DNA of 32,000 bases from Kiritimatiella glycovorans (lineage in GTDB: Bacteria; Verrucomicrobiota; Kiritimatiellia; Kiritimatiellales; Kiritimatiellaceae), in NCBI RefSeq assembly GCF_001017655.1, contig NZ_CP010904.1, forward strand, positions 1,140,001 through 1,172,000, in the 5' to 3' direction. Position numbers and translations under genes: made by a program. Each line of letters begins with the position of its first letter. Within the stretch, counting starts at the first letter, position 1. Shown in pieces: positions 9,221 through 16,382 of the stretch. Below the pieces are notes generated by a model. It searched no databases. It was not told the origin of the DNA and was given only the letters and a program-made list of their open reading frames with translations.

Positions 9221-9251
9221 AAAACCCCGCCTTCAGGCGGGGTTTTGTTTG
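9221..9251 (+). terminator. Rho-independent terminator
   Basis: AAAAA, then CCCCGCC-ttca-GGCGGGG, then TTTTGTTT. A 7-bp GC stem with a 4-nt loop and a T tract. Confidence 0.85.
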
Positions 9252-9291
9252 TATCGCGGTGCGGATGTTTCCTGACTTCATCAGTGCCCGA

Positions 9292-9637
9292 CTCGTACTC
9301 GAGTTCCTTGAACCGGGGGAGGGGGATCGCGCCTTCGGCGCTCCGAGTACGAATTATGTTTACCCCCCCTTACCCAACCTTCATGTGAAGGTAGGGACGG
9401 ACCTCCGGGCCGTCCGCAAACGAGCGGCGCGCTCGGAGAGCACGCCCTGCCCAAGAGGTGCAAGCCGAACCCGTGCGTGAGAGTAGGGACGGACCTCCGG
9501 GCCGTCCGCAAACGAGCGGCGCGCTCAGCCTGTCCGCCGAAGGCATAAAGGGCCGAAGGCGGAGAGATCGCGCCCTACCCGGAAATCGCAAAGATGAATG
9601 AGAAGAGCACAGGCAAAGAAATGGTGCGTTCTCTCTA
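9292..9637 (+). repeat. Dispersed modular intergenic repeat, family R1, copy A (long form)
   Basis: Aligns to the reverse complement of 30582-30849. Shared blocks: ACTCGTACTCGA.TTCCTTGAA.CGGGGGAG.GGGATCGCGCCTTCGGCGCTCCGAGTACG; CCAACCTTCATG; GAAGGTAGGGACGGACCTCCGGGCCGTCCGCAAA.GAGCGGCGCGCTCGGAGA; GAAATCGCAAAGA.GAATGAGAAGAGCACAGGCAAA. Contains a perfect 44-bp internal direct repeat (9392-9435 and 9484-9527). Confidence 0.85.
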
Positions 9638-9742
9638 AGGGTTCTGCAAGAGCCTCCTTTTACTCTGAATTTCCTCCCCCCCCACAAACCTTCATGCTCT
9701 TCATGGTCTATCCCGTACCGGTAGCGATTTTAGGCCCGGGAC

Positions 9743-11425
9743 CTATCCTTTCCCTTTCTTTCCCCAGGTATCCCGCAGGGGGACGGTACGGTTGAAGACG
9801 GGAGATTCAGGTGTGGAATCGCGATCGACGCAGAAGTACCCGAGGCGCTCGAACTGGATATGCGTTCCGGGCTCCGCCCCGGCGCCTTCGGGTTCGACCA
9901 CGGCCCGCACGGTCTGCAGCGAGTCGGGATTCAGGTGGGTCTTGAAGTCGTCGTCCGCAGCCGGATCGGGGACATTGAACAGGCGGTCGTACAGCCGCAC
10001 CTCCGCGTCGACCCCGTGGCGCGCGGACACCCAGTGGATGGTGCCGCGCACCTTGCGCCCGTCGGGCGCGGAACCGCCGCGCGATTCCGGATCGAAGGTC
10101 CCGCGGATCTCCTTCAGGCGGCCTTCCTCATCGTACACCGCGCCGGAGCAGGTGAACAGGCAGGCGTAACGCAGGCGCACCTCCGTGCCCGGAGACAGGC
10201 GCCGGAATTTCCGCGGCGGGTCCTCCATGTAGTCGCCGCGTTCGACCCACAGCTCGCGCGCGAACGGGATCGGGCGCGTGCCCGCGCCCTTATCCTCCGG
10301 ATTATTGACGGCCTCGAAGGTCTCTTCGGCGTCTTCGGGATAGTTTTCGATGACCAGTCTGACCGGGTCCAGGACGGCCAGCCGGCGGGAGGCCACGGCG
10401 TTGAGGTGATCGCGGACGCAGTGTTCGAGAAGGGCGATGTCGGAGACCCCCTCAAACTTGGTCACGCCGATCTTCCGGCAGAACGTTTGGATGGACTCGG
10501 GGGTGAATCCCCGTCGTCGCAACCCGCAGAGGGTGGGGAGGCGGGGATCGTCCCAGCCGTCCACAAGCCCTTCGCGGACGAGTTCGAGCAGCCGTCGTTT
10601 GCTCATAATCGTATAGCTCAGGTTGAGCCGCGCGAACTCGATCTGCCGGGGCGGATTCTCGAATTCCAGGGCCTGCAGAAGCCATTCGTAGAGCGGACGG
10701 TGCACCTCGAACTCCTGGGTGCAGATCGAGTGCGTCACGCCCTCGAAGGCGTCCTCCAGCCCGTGGGCGAAATCGTAGGTGGGATACACGCACCACGCGT
10801 CGCCGGTGCGGTGATGAGACACATGCCTGATGCGGTACAGAGCGGGGTCGCGCAGGTGCATGTTGGGTGAACTCATGTCGATCCGCGCCCGCAGCACGTA
10901 GGCGCCGTTCTCGAATTCACCGGCCCGCATCTTTTCAAACAGCGCGAGATTGTCGCCGGGGCTCCGCTCCCGGCCGGGCGATTCGCCGCCGGGACGGGTC
11001 GGGGTCCCGCGGATGGCCTTGAATTCTTCCGGGTTGAGTTCGCAGACGTAGGCCAGCCCTTTACGGATCAGCAGACAGGCGCATGCGTACATCCGCTCGA
11101 AGTAGTCCGAAGCGAAATAGAGGTGTTCGCCCCAGTCGAATCCGAGCCAGCGGACGTCCTCACGGATGGAGTTGACGTATTCAGGGTCCTCGGCTTCAGG
11201 GTTGGTGTCGTCGAAGCGCAGATGACACCTTCCGCCGTAGCGTTCCGCCGTGCCGAAATTGAGGCAGATCGATTTGGCGTGGCCGATGTGAAGATAGCCG
11301 TTCGGTTCCGGCGGGAACCGGGTCACCACCGCGCCGCCGTAGCGCCCGGCCGCGCGGTCGGCGTCGATCTCGTCCCAGATAAAAGGGTTCGGCGTCTCTT
11401 CCGAAGGAGTGTGCGCTTCGCTCAT
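9743..11425 (-). CDS. glnS: Glutaminyl-tRNA synthetase
   Basis: HIGH motif (PEPNGYLHIGHAKS). GlnRS-typical YPTYDFAHGLEDAFEGVTHSICTQEF. KMSKS-like IMSKRR. Start set at ATG 11425 (MSEAHTP...); the track start 11470 is also possible. Confidence 0.9.
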   Translation of the reverse strand: MSEAHTPSEETPNPFIWDEIDADRAAGRYGGAVVTRFPPEPNGYLHIGHAKSICLNFGTAERYGGRCHLRFDDTNPEAEDPEYVNSIREDVRWLGFDWGEHLYFASDYFERMYACACLLIRKGLAYVCELNPEEFKAIRGTPTRPGGESPGRERSPGDNLALFEKMRAGEFENGAYVLRARIDMSSPNMHLRDPALYRIRHVSHHRTGDAWCVYPTYDFAHGLEDAFEGVTHSICTQEFEVHRPLYEWLLQALEFENPPRQIEFARLNLSYTIMSKRRLLELVREGLVDGWDDPRLPTLCGLRRRGFTPESIQTFCRKIGVTKFEGVSDIALLEHCVRDHLNAVASRRLAVLDPVRLVIENYPEDAEETFEAVNNPEDKGAGTRPIPFARELWVERGDYMEDPPRKFRRLSPGTEVRLRYACLFTCSGAVYDEEGRLKEIRGTFDPESRGGSAPDGRKVRGTIHWVSARHGVDAEVRLYDRLFNVPDPAADDDFKTHLNPDSLQTVRAVVEPEGAGAEPGTHIQFERLGYFCVDRDSTPESPVFNRTVPLRDTWGKKGKG

Positions 11426-11527
11426 CAGTTCGTCCCCGCTGTGTGACTGGCGGCCGCGGCGATCCTGCACGGCCGGATAAACGCCGTAGTCAAACAGCCG
11501 CGGCGCGGCGAGTCAACGCGCCATTTT

Positions 11528-11542
11528 GTGGGGACCGGTTTG
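11528..11542. repeat. Left copy of the 15-bp direct repeat flanking the IS (GTGGGGACCGGTTTG)
   Basis: Identical 15-mer at 12752-12766, directly abutting both IS ends. Confidence 0.8.
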
Positions 11543-12751
11543 TGAGAAGTGTAATGTGAAATGCCGCAGGTATAGGAGAGAGCGTTCCATGCCGTGGTTC
11601 GCTATCCTTTGTGGTCTTACAACAGGACAACAGAGGAAGGAGACGGCATGGAACAGAATCAGAATAGCAGGAAGGGCAAGCACTTGACGAGGGTGGAGCG
11701 CATGGTGATTGAGCGGATGTCCCGTGGGGGGATCCCCCCACGGGACATCGCGGCCGCCTTGGAGCGTCACCCGCGTACGATCCAGCGTGAGCTCAAGCGC
11801 GGGACGGTGACCCACCGGGACTCGGAGTGGCGGGAATACCGGACCTACAGCAGCGATCGCGGCCAGGACCTCCATGATTACCACGCCACCGCAAGGGGGC
11901 CCGGTCTGAGGCTGGGCCGCAACTATGCGCTGGCCGAATTCATCCGTTGCCGCATTGTGGAACATAAGGAATCGCCCGATGTAGTCGCCTTTCGGATGCG
12001 TCAGGCCGGTCTGGAGGAGGTGGTGTGCACCAAGACGATCTATAACTACATCGATAAAGGCGTCATTTTCGGGCTCAGCAACGAGTCACTGTGGGAGAAG
12101 CGTAAGCGAGCCAAGCGGCGCAAACGCGGCGCTCGGCGGTTGGCGAAGCGGATTTCCAAAGGCAAAAGCATCGACCAGCGTCCCGAAGGAGCCGAGACGC
12201 GCGAGGAGTTCGGACACTGGGAGATGGACCTGGTGACCGGCCCCACGCGCGGGTCCAATGCCGCCCTATTGACCCTGGTGGAACGCAGACATCGGATCAC
12301 GATCATTCGCAAGCTGCCTGATAAGAGCCAAGCCAGCGTGCTCAAAGTTCTCAGAGGGCTCGAGCGTGAACATGGCTCCCGCTGCTTCCGTCAGATCTTC
12401 AAGACCATCACGGTCGACAACGGCAGCGAGTTCCTGGACTTCGAAGCCTTAGAAGCCTCTTCCTTCTCGAAGCAACAGCGAACCCAGATCTTCTACGCCC
12501 ACCCATACTCATCCTGGGAACGCGGATCGAACGAGAACGGCAACAGGATGATCAGACGGTTCGTGGCCAAGGGCCGGGATATCGCGCGCTTTACCAAGCA
12601 GAAAATCCGCGACATCGAGCTATGGATCAATAACTACCCGCGCCGGATCCTCGACTTCATGACCCCTCACGAACTCTTCACGAACGAACTCAAAACGATC
12701 TCATAAATGAAACAAGACCACTACATGCGGCATTTGGGTTTACAACCTACC
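11543..12751 (+). mobile_element. IS30-family insertion sequence, 1209 bp, apparently intact
   Basis: Single DDE transposase ORF. Imperfect terminal inverted repeats with conserved blocks TGTAA and AAATGCCGCA, each at the same distance (16 nt) from its end. Flanked by a 15-bp direct repeat. Confidence 0.8.
11648..12706 (+). CDS. IS30-family DDE transposase (352 aa)
   Basis: N-terminal HTH (LTRVERMVIERMSRGGIPPRDIAAALERHPRTIQRELKRG). Catalytic core with HWEMDLV, TVDNGSEF and SWERGSNEN. AGGAAGGAG RBS before ATG 11648. Confidence 0.9.
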   Translation: MEQNQNSRKGKHLTRVERMVIERMSRGGIPPRDIAAALERHPRTIQRELKRGTVTHRDSEWREYRTYSSDRGQDLHDYHATARGPGLRLGRNYALAEFIRCRIVEHKESPDVVAFRMRQAGLEEVVCTKTIYNYIDKGVIFGLSNESLWEKRKRAKRRKRGARRLAKRISKGKSIDQRPEGAETREEFGHWEMDLVTGPTRGSNAALLTLVERRHRITIIRKLPDKSQASVLKVLRGLEREHGSRCFRQIFKTITVDNGSEFLDFEALEASSFSKQQRTQIFYAHPYSSWERGSNENGNRMIRRFVAKGRDIARFTKQKIRDIELWINNYPRRILDFMTPHELFTNELKTIS

Positions 12752-12766
12752 GTGGGGACCGGTTTG
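12752..12766. repeat. Right copy of the 15-bp direct repeat flanking the IS
   Basis: GTGGGGACCGGTTTG, identical to 11528-11542. Confidence 0.8.
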
Positions 12767-12771
12767 CGCTA

Positions 12772-12799
12772 TTGACCTCAAAGCAACCGCTTCTATAAT
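12772..12799 (+). promoter_or_regulatory. Near-consensus sigma70 promoter for the Rrf2 regulator gene
   Basis: TTGACC (12772-12777), 16-nt spacer, TATAAT (12794-12799), about 70 nt upstream of the ATG at 12868. Confidence 0.55.
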
Positions 12800-12820
12800 G
12801 ATTAGCGCAATAATAATCAT
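12798..12820. promoter_or_regulatory. Candidate operator: 7-bp inverted repeat ATGATTA-N9-TAATCAT overlapping the -10 and start region
   Basis: Perfect 7-bp arms at 12798-12804 and 12814-12820, AT-rich in a GC-rich genome, directly upstream of an autoregulator-type Rrf2 gene. Confidence 0.4.
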
Positions 12821-12867
12821 TCGAGCCTGGGCCGGATGCTTTTGACTGCGAAGAGGGAGCGGAGCTT

Positions 12868-13260
12868 ATGAGGCTATCGACGAGAGGACGTTACGCGGTG
12901 CGCATCCTGCTCTGCATCGCGCGGCATCAGCACCGGGGTCCGGTCACGAAGCGGATCATCTACGAGGACGAAGGCATCTCGAAGGATTATATCGAGCAGA
13001 TCATCGTCCCGCTGAAGAAGGCCGGTCTGGTCGAAGGACTGCGCGGCGTGAAAGGCGGTTTTCTGCTGACCCGGCCGGCGGATGAAATCACGGTTTCCGA
13101 TGTGCTCAAGGCGTCCGAGCGCAATCTGTGTCTGGTCTCCTGTCTCATGGACGACTGTCCGCGCGCAGACGACTGTGTTATCCGTCCGGTCTGGCGCGAG
13201 GCCTCCAGCCGGCTGCATCACTATCTCGACTCCGTCACGCTGCATTCGCTGATGGCGTAG
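12868..13260 (+). CDS. Rrf2-family transcriptional regulator (IscR/CymR-like) with three-Cys cluster motif
   Basis: N-terminal MRLSTRGRYAVRIL and wHTH (ISKDYIEQIIVPLKKAGLVEGLRGVKGGFLL). C91-x6-C98-x5-C104 arrangement (CLVSCLMDDCPRADDC). Confidence 0.85.
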   Translation: MRLSTRGRYAVRILLCIARHQHRGPVTKRIIYEDEGISKDYIEQIIVPLKKAGLVEGLRGVKGGFLLTRPADEITVSDVLKASERNLCLVSCLMDDCPRADDCVIRPVWREASSRLHHYLDSVTLHSLMA

Positions 13261-13303
13261 AAAAGCGGGGAGCGCGCGGGAGCAGCGTCGGAGGGAGAGG
13301 GGG

Positions 13304-13478
13304 AGTGAGTGAGTGAGAAACCTGAGACTTGAAACCTGAGTAAGATTTACGAAGAGGGAAAGGGCATGAAGGATGGAGACTTGAAATCTGAGTAAGATTT
13401 ACGAAGAGGGGGAGGGCATGAAGGATGGAGAATTGAAGCCTGAGTAAGATTTACGAAGACGGGAAGGGCATGAAGGGT
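13304..13478 (+). repeat. Repeat family R2: (GAGT)n, the GAGAAACCTGAGACTTGAAAC core, then a 52-bp tandem array (about 2.8 units)
   Basis: Units start at 13336, 13388 and 13440 (CTGAGTAAGATTTACGAAGAGGG.A.GGGCATGAAGGATGGAGA.TTGAA..). The core recurs at 15484-15544 and, inverted, at 30921-30959. Confidence 0.85.
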
Positions 13479-13512
13479 CGTGTCCGGGAGCATGTGTACG
13501 GGGAGTAAAAGT

Positions 13513-14457
13513 ATGAACCCATCCGACAACACGATACTGCAGACGACGGGAAACACGCCGCTGGTACGGCTCCAGCGCGTGGTGCCTCCGGAGGCGGGGA
13601 CGCTCGCCGTGAAACTCGAATCGCGCAATCCGGCGGGAAGCGTCAAGGACCGCATCGGCGCGGCGATGATCGAGGCCGCGGAGCGGGAGGGGCGCCTGAA
13701 GCCCGGCGGGACGCTGATCGAACCCACGAGCGGCAACACGGGGATCGCGCTGGCGTTCGCGGCCGCGGCCAAAGGATACCGCCTGATCCTGACGATGCCG
13801 GAATCGATGAGCCTGGAGCGGCGCAAACTGCTGGCGTTCCTCGGCGCGGAGCTGGTGCTCACCCCCGCGGCGGGCGGGATGTCGGGCGCCGTGCAGGAGG
13901 CGGAGCGGCGCGTCGCGGAAGATACGGAGGCGGTGATGCTGCAGCAGTTCCGCAATCCGGCCAATCCGGAGATCCATCGCCGCACCACGGCGGAAGAGAT
14001 CTGGGAGGCGACGGGAGGCGCGATCGACGTGTTCGTGGCCGGCGTGGGCACCGGCGGTACGCTCACCGGCGTGGCGGGTGCGTTGAAGAAAAAGAAGCCG
14101 GACCTGAAGGCGGTCGCCGTCGAGCCCGCGGCGTCGCCGGTGATCTCCGGCGGAAAGCCCGGTCCGCACGGAATCCAGGGCATCGGCGCGGGATTCGTCC
14201 CGGAGAACCTGGACCGGGAACTGATCGACGATATCGTGACGGTGGAGGAGGACGACGCCGTCGCCATGGCCCGCCGTCTCGCACGCGAGGAGGGCATTCT
14301 GGCCGGGATCTCCGCCGGGGCGAACGTATGGGCGGCCTGCGAGACCGCGCGGCGCGACACGGGGCGCGAACGTTATATCGTGACGATCATCTGCGACAGC
14401 GCGGAGCGTTATCTCTCGACGCGGCTGGTCGAAGGCGAAGGCGGGGCGGACGCGTGA
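13513..14457 (+). CDS. cysK: Cysteine synthase A (O-acetylserine sulfhydrylase)
   Basis: PLP-lysine motif [24 protein letters not shown] loop. Start trimmed to ATG 13513 (MNPSDNT...) with GGGAG 8 nt upstream. Confidence 0.9.
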   Translation: MNPSDNTILQTTGNTPLVRLQRVVPPEAGTLAVKLESRNPAGSVKDRIGAAMIEAAEREGRLKPGGTLIEPTSGNTGIALAFAAAAKGYRLILTMPESMSLERRKLLAFLGAELVLTPAAGGMSGAVQEAERRVAEDTEAVMLQQFRNPANPEIHRRTTAEEIWEATGGAIDVFVAGVGTGGTLTGVAGALKKKKPDLKAVAVEPAASPVISGGKPGPHGIQGIGAGFVPENLDRELIDDIVTVEEDDAVAMARRLAREEGILAGISAGANVWAACETARRDTGRERYIVTIICDSAERYLSTRLVEGEGGADA

Positions 14458-15500
14458 GCGACGAGGCACGCATCCCGATGCGGCGCGTGGGGCCGGCAGG
14501 CATGGCCGGGCCGGAGGTGGAAGGCGAATACGAACTTCCGCTCGCCACGCTGGAGACTCCGCTGTTTTCCTCGGTGAAACGCGGCGCGCGCGTGACCCGC
14601 GAAAACGGCGGCCTGCGGGCGGTGGTTCTGGACGCGCGGATGACCCGTTCCGTGCTGGTCGAGGCCGATGATGCCGTCGAGGCGGCGGAGGCCGCGCGCG
14701 GGATCGCGGCGGAGTTCGATCGGCTCGAGGACGTCGTTCGCGGCACGAGCCGCTACTGCCGGCTGCTGGAGATACGCCCTCAGGTCGTCGGCCGACTGCT
14801 CTACCTGCGCCTCGCCTTTTTCACCGGCGATGCCGCGGGACACAATATGAGCACCCAGGCGGCGGAGGCGGTGCTGAACGATATCCTTGAGCGTCGCCCC
14901 GGCCTGTGCTACGGGTCGATCTCCGCCAATCTCTGCACCGACAAGAAGCCGTCGGCGGTCAACGGATTACTGGGGCGCGGCATTTCGTTGGTGGCCGATA
15001 TGACCATTCCGCACGAAGCGTGCGAGAGCGTGCTGAAGACCTCAGCCGAAGCCGTCGCGCGGCTCAATGAGCGCAAGAACCTGCTGGGCACGGCGCTCGC
15101 CGGCGGGGTGCGCAGCGGCAACGCGCACTTCGCCAATATGCTGCTCGCGTTCTACCTCGCCACCGGCCAGGACGCGGCGAATGTCGTCGAGGGTTCGCAG
15201 GGCTTCACGACGGCGGAGGCGCGCGAGGAAGGACTCTACTTCTCCGTGACCCTGCCAAGCCTGATCGTCGGCACGGTCGGTCCGGGTCCGTCGCAGCCCT
15301 ACGCGCAGGATAATCTCGCGACGCTCGGCTGCCGGGAAGAACGCGAACCCGGCGCCAACGCGCGTCGGCTGGCCGTGTTCTGCGCCGCCGCGGTGTGGTG
15401 CGGCGAACTCTCGCTCCTCGCCGCCCAGACCGTTCCCGGCGAACTCATGCGCGCGCACCGGCGGATGGAGAGGAGGGGGCGTGGGAAACCTGAGACCTGA
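14454..15500 (+). CDS. Class I HMG-CoA reductase, short bacterial (Streptomyces/Vibrio-like) form, about 348 aa
   Basis: All four catalytic positions sit in conserved context: E in LPLATLE, K in [12 protein letters not shown] in [16 protein letters not shown] in GELMRAH. Their spacings (130, 76, 95 aa) match eukaryotic class I enzymes. TGDAAGHNM matches the DAMGMN region. The GTG start at 14454 overlaps the cysK TGA (GTGA). The track start 14328 lies inside cysK and is rejected. Confidence 0.8.
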   Translation: MSDEARIPMRRVGPAGMAGPEVEGEYELPLATLETPLFSSVKRGARVTRENGGLRAVVLDARMTRSVLVEADDAVEAAEAARGIAAEFDRLEDVVRGTSRYCRLLEIRPQVVGRLLYLRLAFFTGDAAGHNMSTQAAEAVLNDILERRPGLCYGSISANLCTDKKPSAVNGLLGRGISLVADMTIPHEACESVLKTSAEAVARLNERKNLLGTALAGGVRSGNAHFANMLLAFYLATGQDAANVVEGSQGFTTAEAREEGLYFSVTLPSLIVGTVGPGPSQPYAQDNLATLGCREEREPGANARRLAVFCAAAVWCGELSLLAAQTVPGELMRAHRRMERRGRGKPET

Positions 15501-15544
15501 AACCTGAGTAAGATTTTTGGGTCAGGGGAAACCTGAGACCTGAG
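15484..15544 (+). repeat. Repeat family R2 copy (core plus partial second core)
   Basis: GAAACCTGAGACCTGAAACCTGAGTAAGATTT, then GGAAACCTGAGACCTGAG. It spans the last codons and the TGA (15498-15500) of the HMG-CoA reductase gene. Confidence 0.75.
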
Positions 15545-15555
15545 CAGCGACTTTC

Positions 15556-16371
15556 TCAGCACGCTTCCAACACCCCGAAGTGTCGCGCGCCTTCGATGAC
15601 GCCTTCGGTGCAGGGGCGGGCGGCGTAGTAGATTCGTTCGGGGCGGATGCGGTTTTCGCGGACGGCGGTGTCGAGGGCGGCCCGGACGTCGTCGGGGGTG
15701 TTGGCGACGACCACGGCACACCAGCCGCCGAGGAAAGCGGCGAGGTCGTTGCCCGAATCGCCCGCATAGACCAGGTTTTCATCGGCGACACCGAGTCGGC
15801 GGCGGAGAAATCGCACCGCGGTATCCTTGGTCACGCCGGAGGGCAGCAGATCGATCAGTCCCGTGCCGTCCGTGAGGTCGCGGCTGTAGACGAGTTGCAC
15901 CTGCGCACCTTTCCCGCGAAGCACGCGGCGAACCTCATCGCAGACCTTCTGGTGGCTGCACTGCGCATCGACGTAGAAACTGCATTTCCACCGGGCCTGT
16001 TTTTCCGGTTCCTGGAGTGAAAGTCCGGTCAGGTCGTCCGCGAGATGCGCGAGATCGGCGGCCCGCACGCCGCCCATGGCGCGCTGCATCTGCCCGGCGT
16101 AGTCGGGGTTCTCGCTCCATGCACCTTCACGGTATTCGTGGACGGTGGTGCCGACGTCGCCGGCGATATAACGGGGACGGGGCAGGGGGTACCGGTTGAG
16201 GGCCTCGAGTGCCAGGGCCAGGCTGCGGCCCGTCACGCAGGCGAAGGTCGTGGAGGGCGAAGCATGGAGCGCACGGGCGAGTGCTTTCGCGGCGCGGTGC
16301 CCGGCGGCATCATCGCGGGAGGGAAGGGCGGTACCGTCCATGTCGCTCGCGAGCAGATGCGTGGTGCTCAT
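15556..16371 (-). CDS. HAD-IIB family phosphatase (sucrose-phosphate-phosphatase / Cof-like)
   Basis: Motif I (LASDMDGTAL), motif II (CVTGRS), motif IV (YAGDSGNDLAAF). ATG at 16371, preceded by AAGGGGGG that begins right at the upstream kinase stop codon. Confidence 0.75.
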   Translation of the reverse strand: MSTTHLLASDMDGTALPSRDDAAGHRAAKALARALHASPSTTFACVTGRSLALALEALNRYPLPRPRYIAGDVGTTVHEYREGAWSENPDYAGQMQRAMGGVRAADLAHLADDLTGLSLQEPEKQARWKCSFYVDAQCSHQKVCDEVRRVLRGKGAQVQLVYSRDLTDGTGLIDLLPSGVTKDTAVRFLRRRLGVADENLVYAGDSGNDLAAFLGGWCAVVVANTPDDVRAALDTAVRENRIRPERIYYAARPCTEGVIEGARHFGVLEAC

Positions 16372-16382
16372 GCGGCCCCCCT

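Noticed and set aside
9259-9480. Possible small protein encoded in repeat R1. ORF 9259..9480 (+) and ORF 30597..30893 (-) share LVLEFLE.GE.DRAFGAPST...NYV.PP..NLHV..KVGTDLRAVRKRAARSE, and the indels between the copies (12 and 9 nt) preserve the frame.
   Set aside because: There is no SD or plausible start at a conserved position. Most substitutions between the copies change the amino acid. The frame-preserving indels are explained by 6-nt and 9-nt sequence iterations, and the two ORFs end differently. More likely non-coding, though a genome-wide alignment of copies could revisit this.
9681-9712. A shared motif CTTCATGGT.(A/T)ATCCC near glnS (9695-9712) and upstream of argS (28689-28705), as a possible common regulatory site for aminoacyl-tRNA synthetase genes.
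   Set aside because: The match is only about 14 nt. One copy is 3' of its gene and the other 5'. It probably reflects the CATGAAG motif common to the repeat families.
13304-13478. A CRISPR array, considered because of regularly spaced repeats.
   Set aside because: The 52-bp units are contiguous with no unique spacers, there are only about three units, and no cas genes are present. It is a plain tandem repeat.
13366-13508. The mini-ORFs upstream of cysK as a classical amino-acid attenuation leader.
   Set aside because: The peptides contain no Cys or Met codon runs, and no alternative terminator/antiterminator structure is evident. The ATGs are part of a motif (CATGAAGG) also found in non-leader copies of the repeats.
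14328-14453. The longer N-terminus of the HMG-CoA reductase ORF suggested by the track (start at 14328).
   Set aside because: This stretch lies wholly inside the well-supported cysK frame, and similarity to class I reductases only begins around IPMRRVGP. The GTG at 14454, overlapping the cysK stop, fits better.
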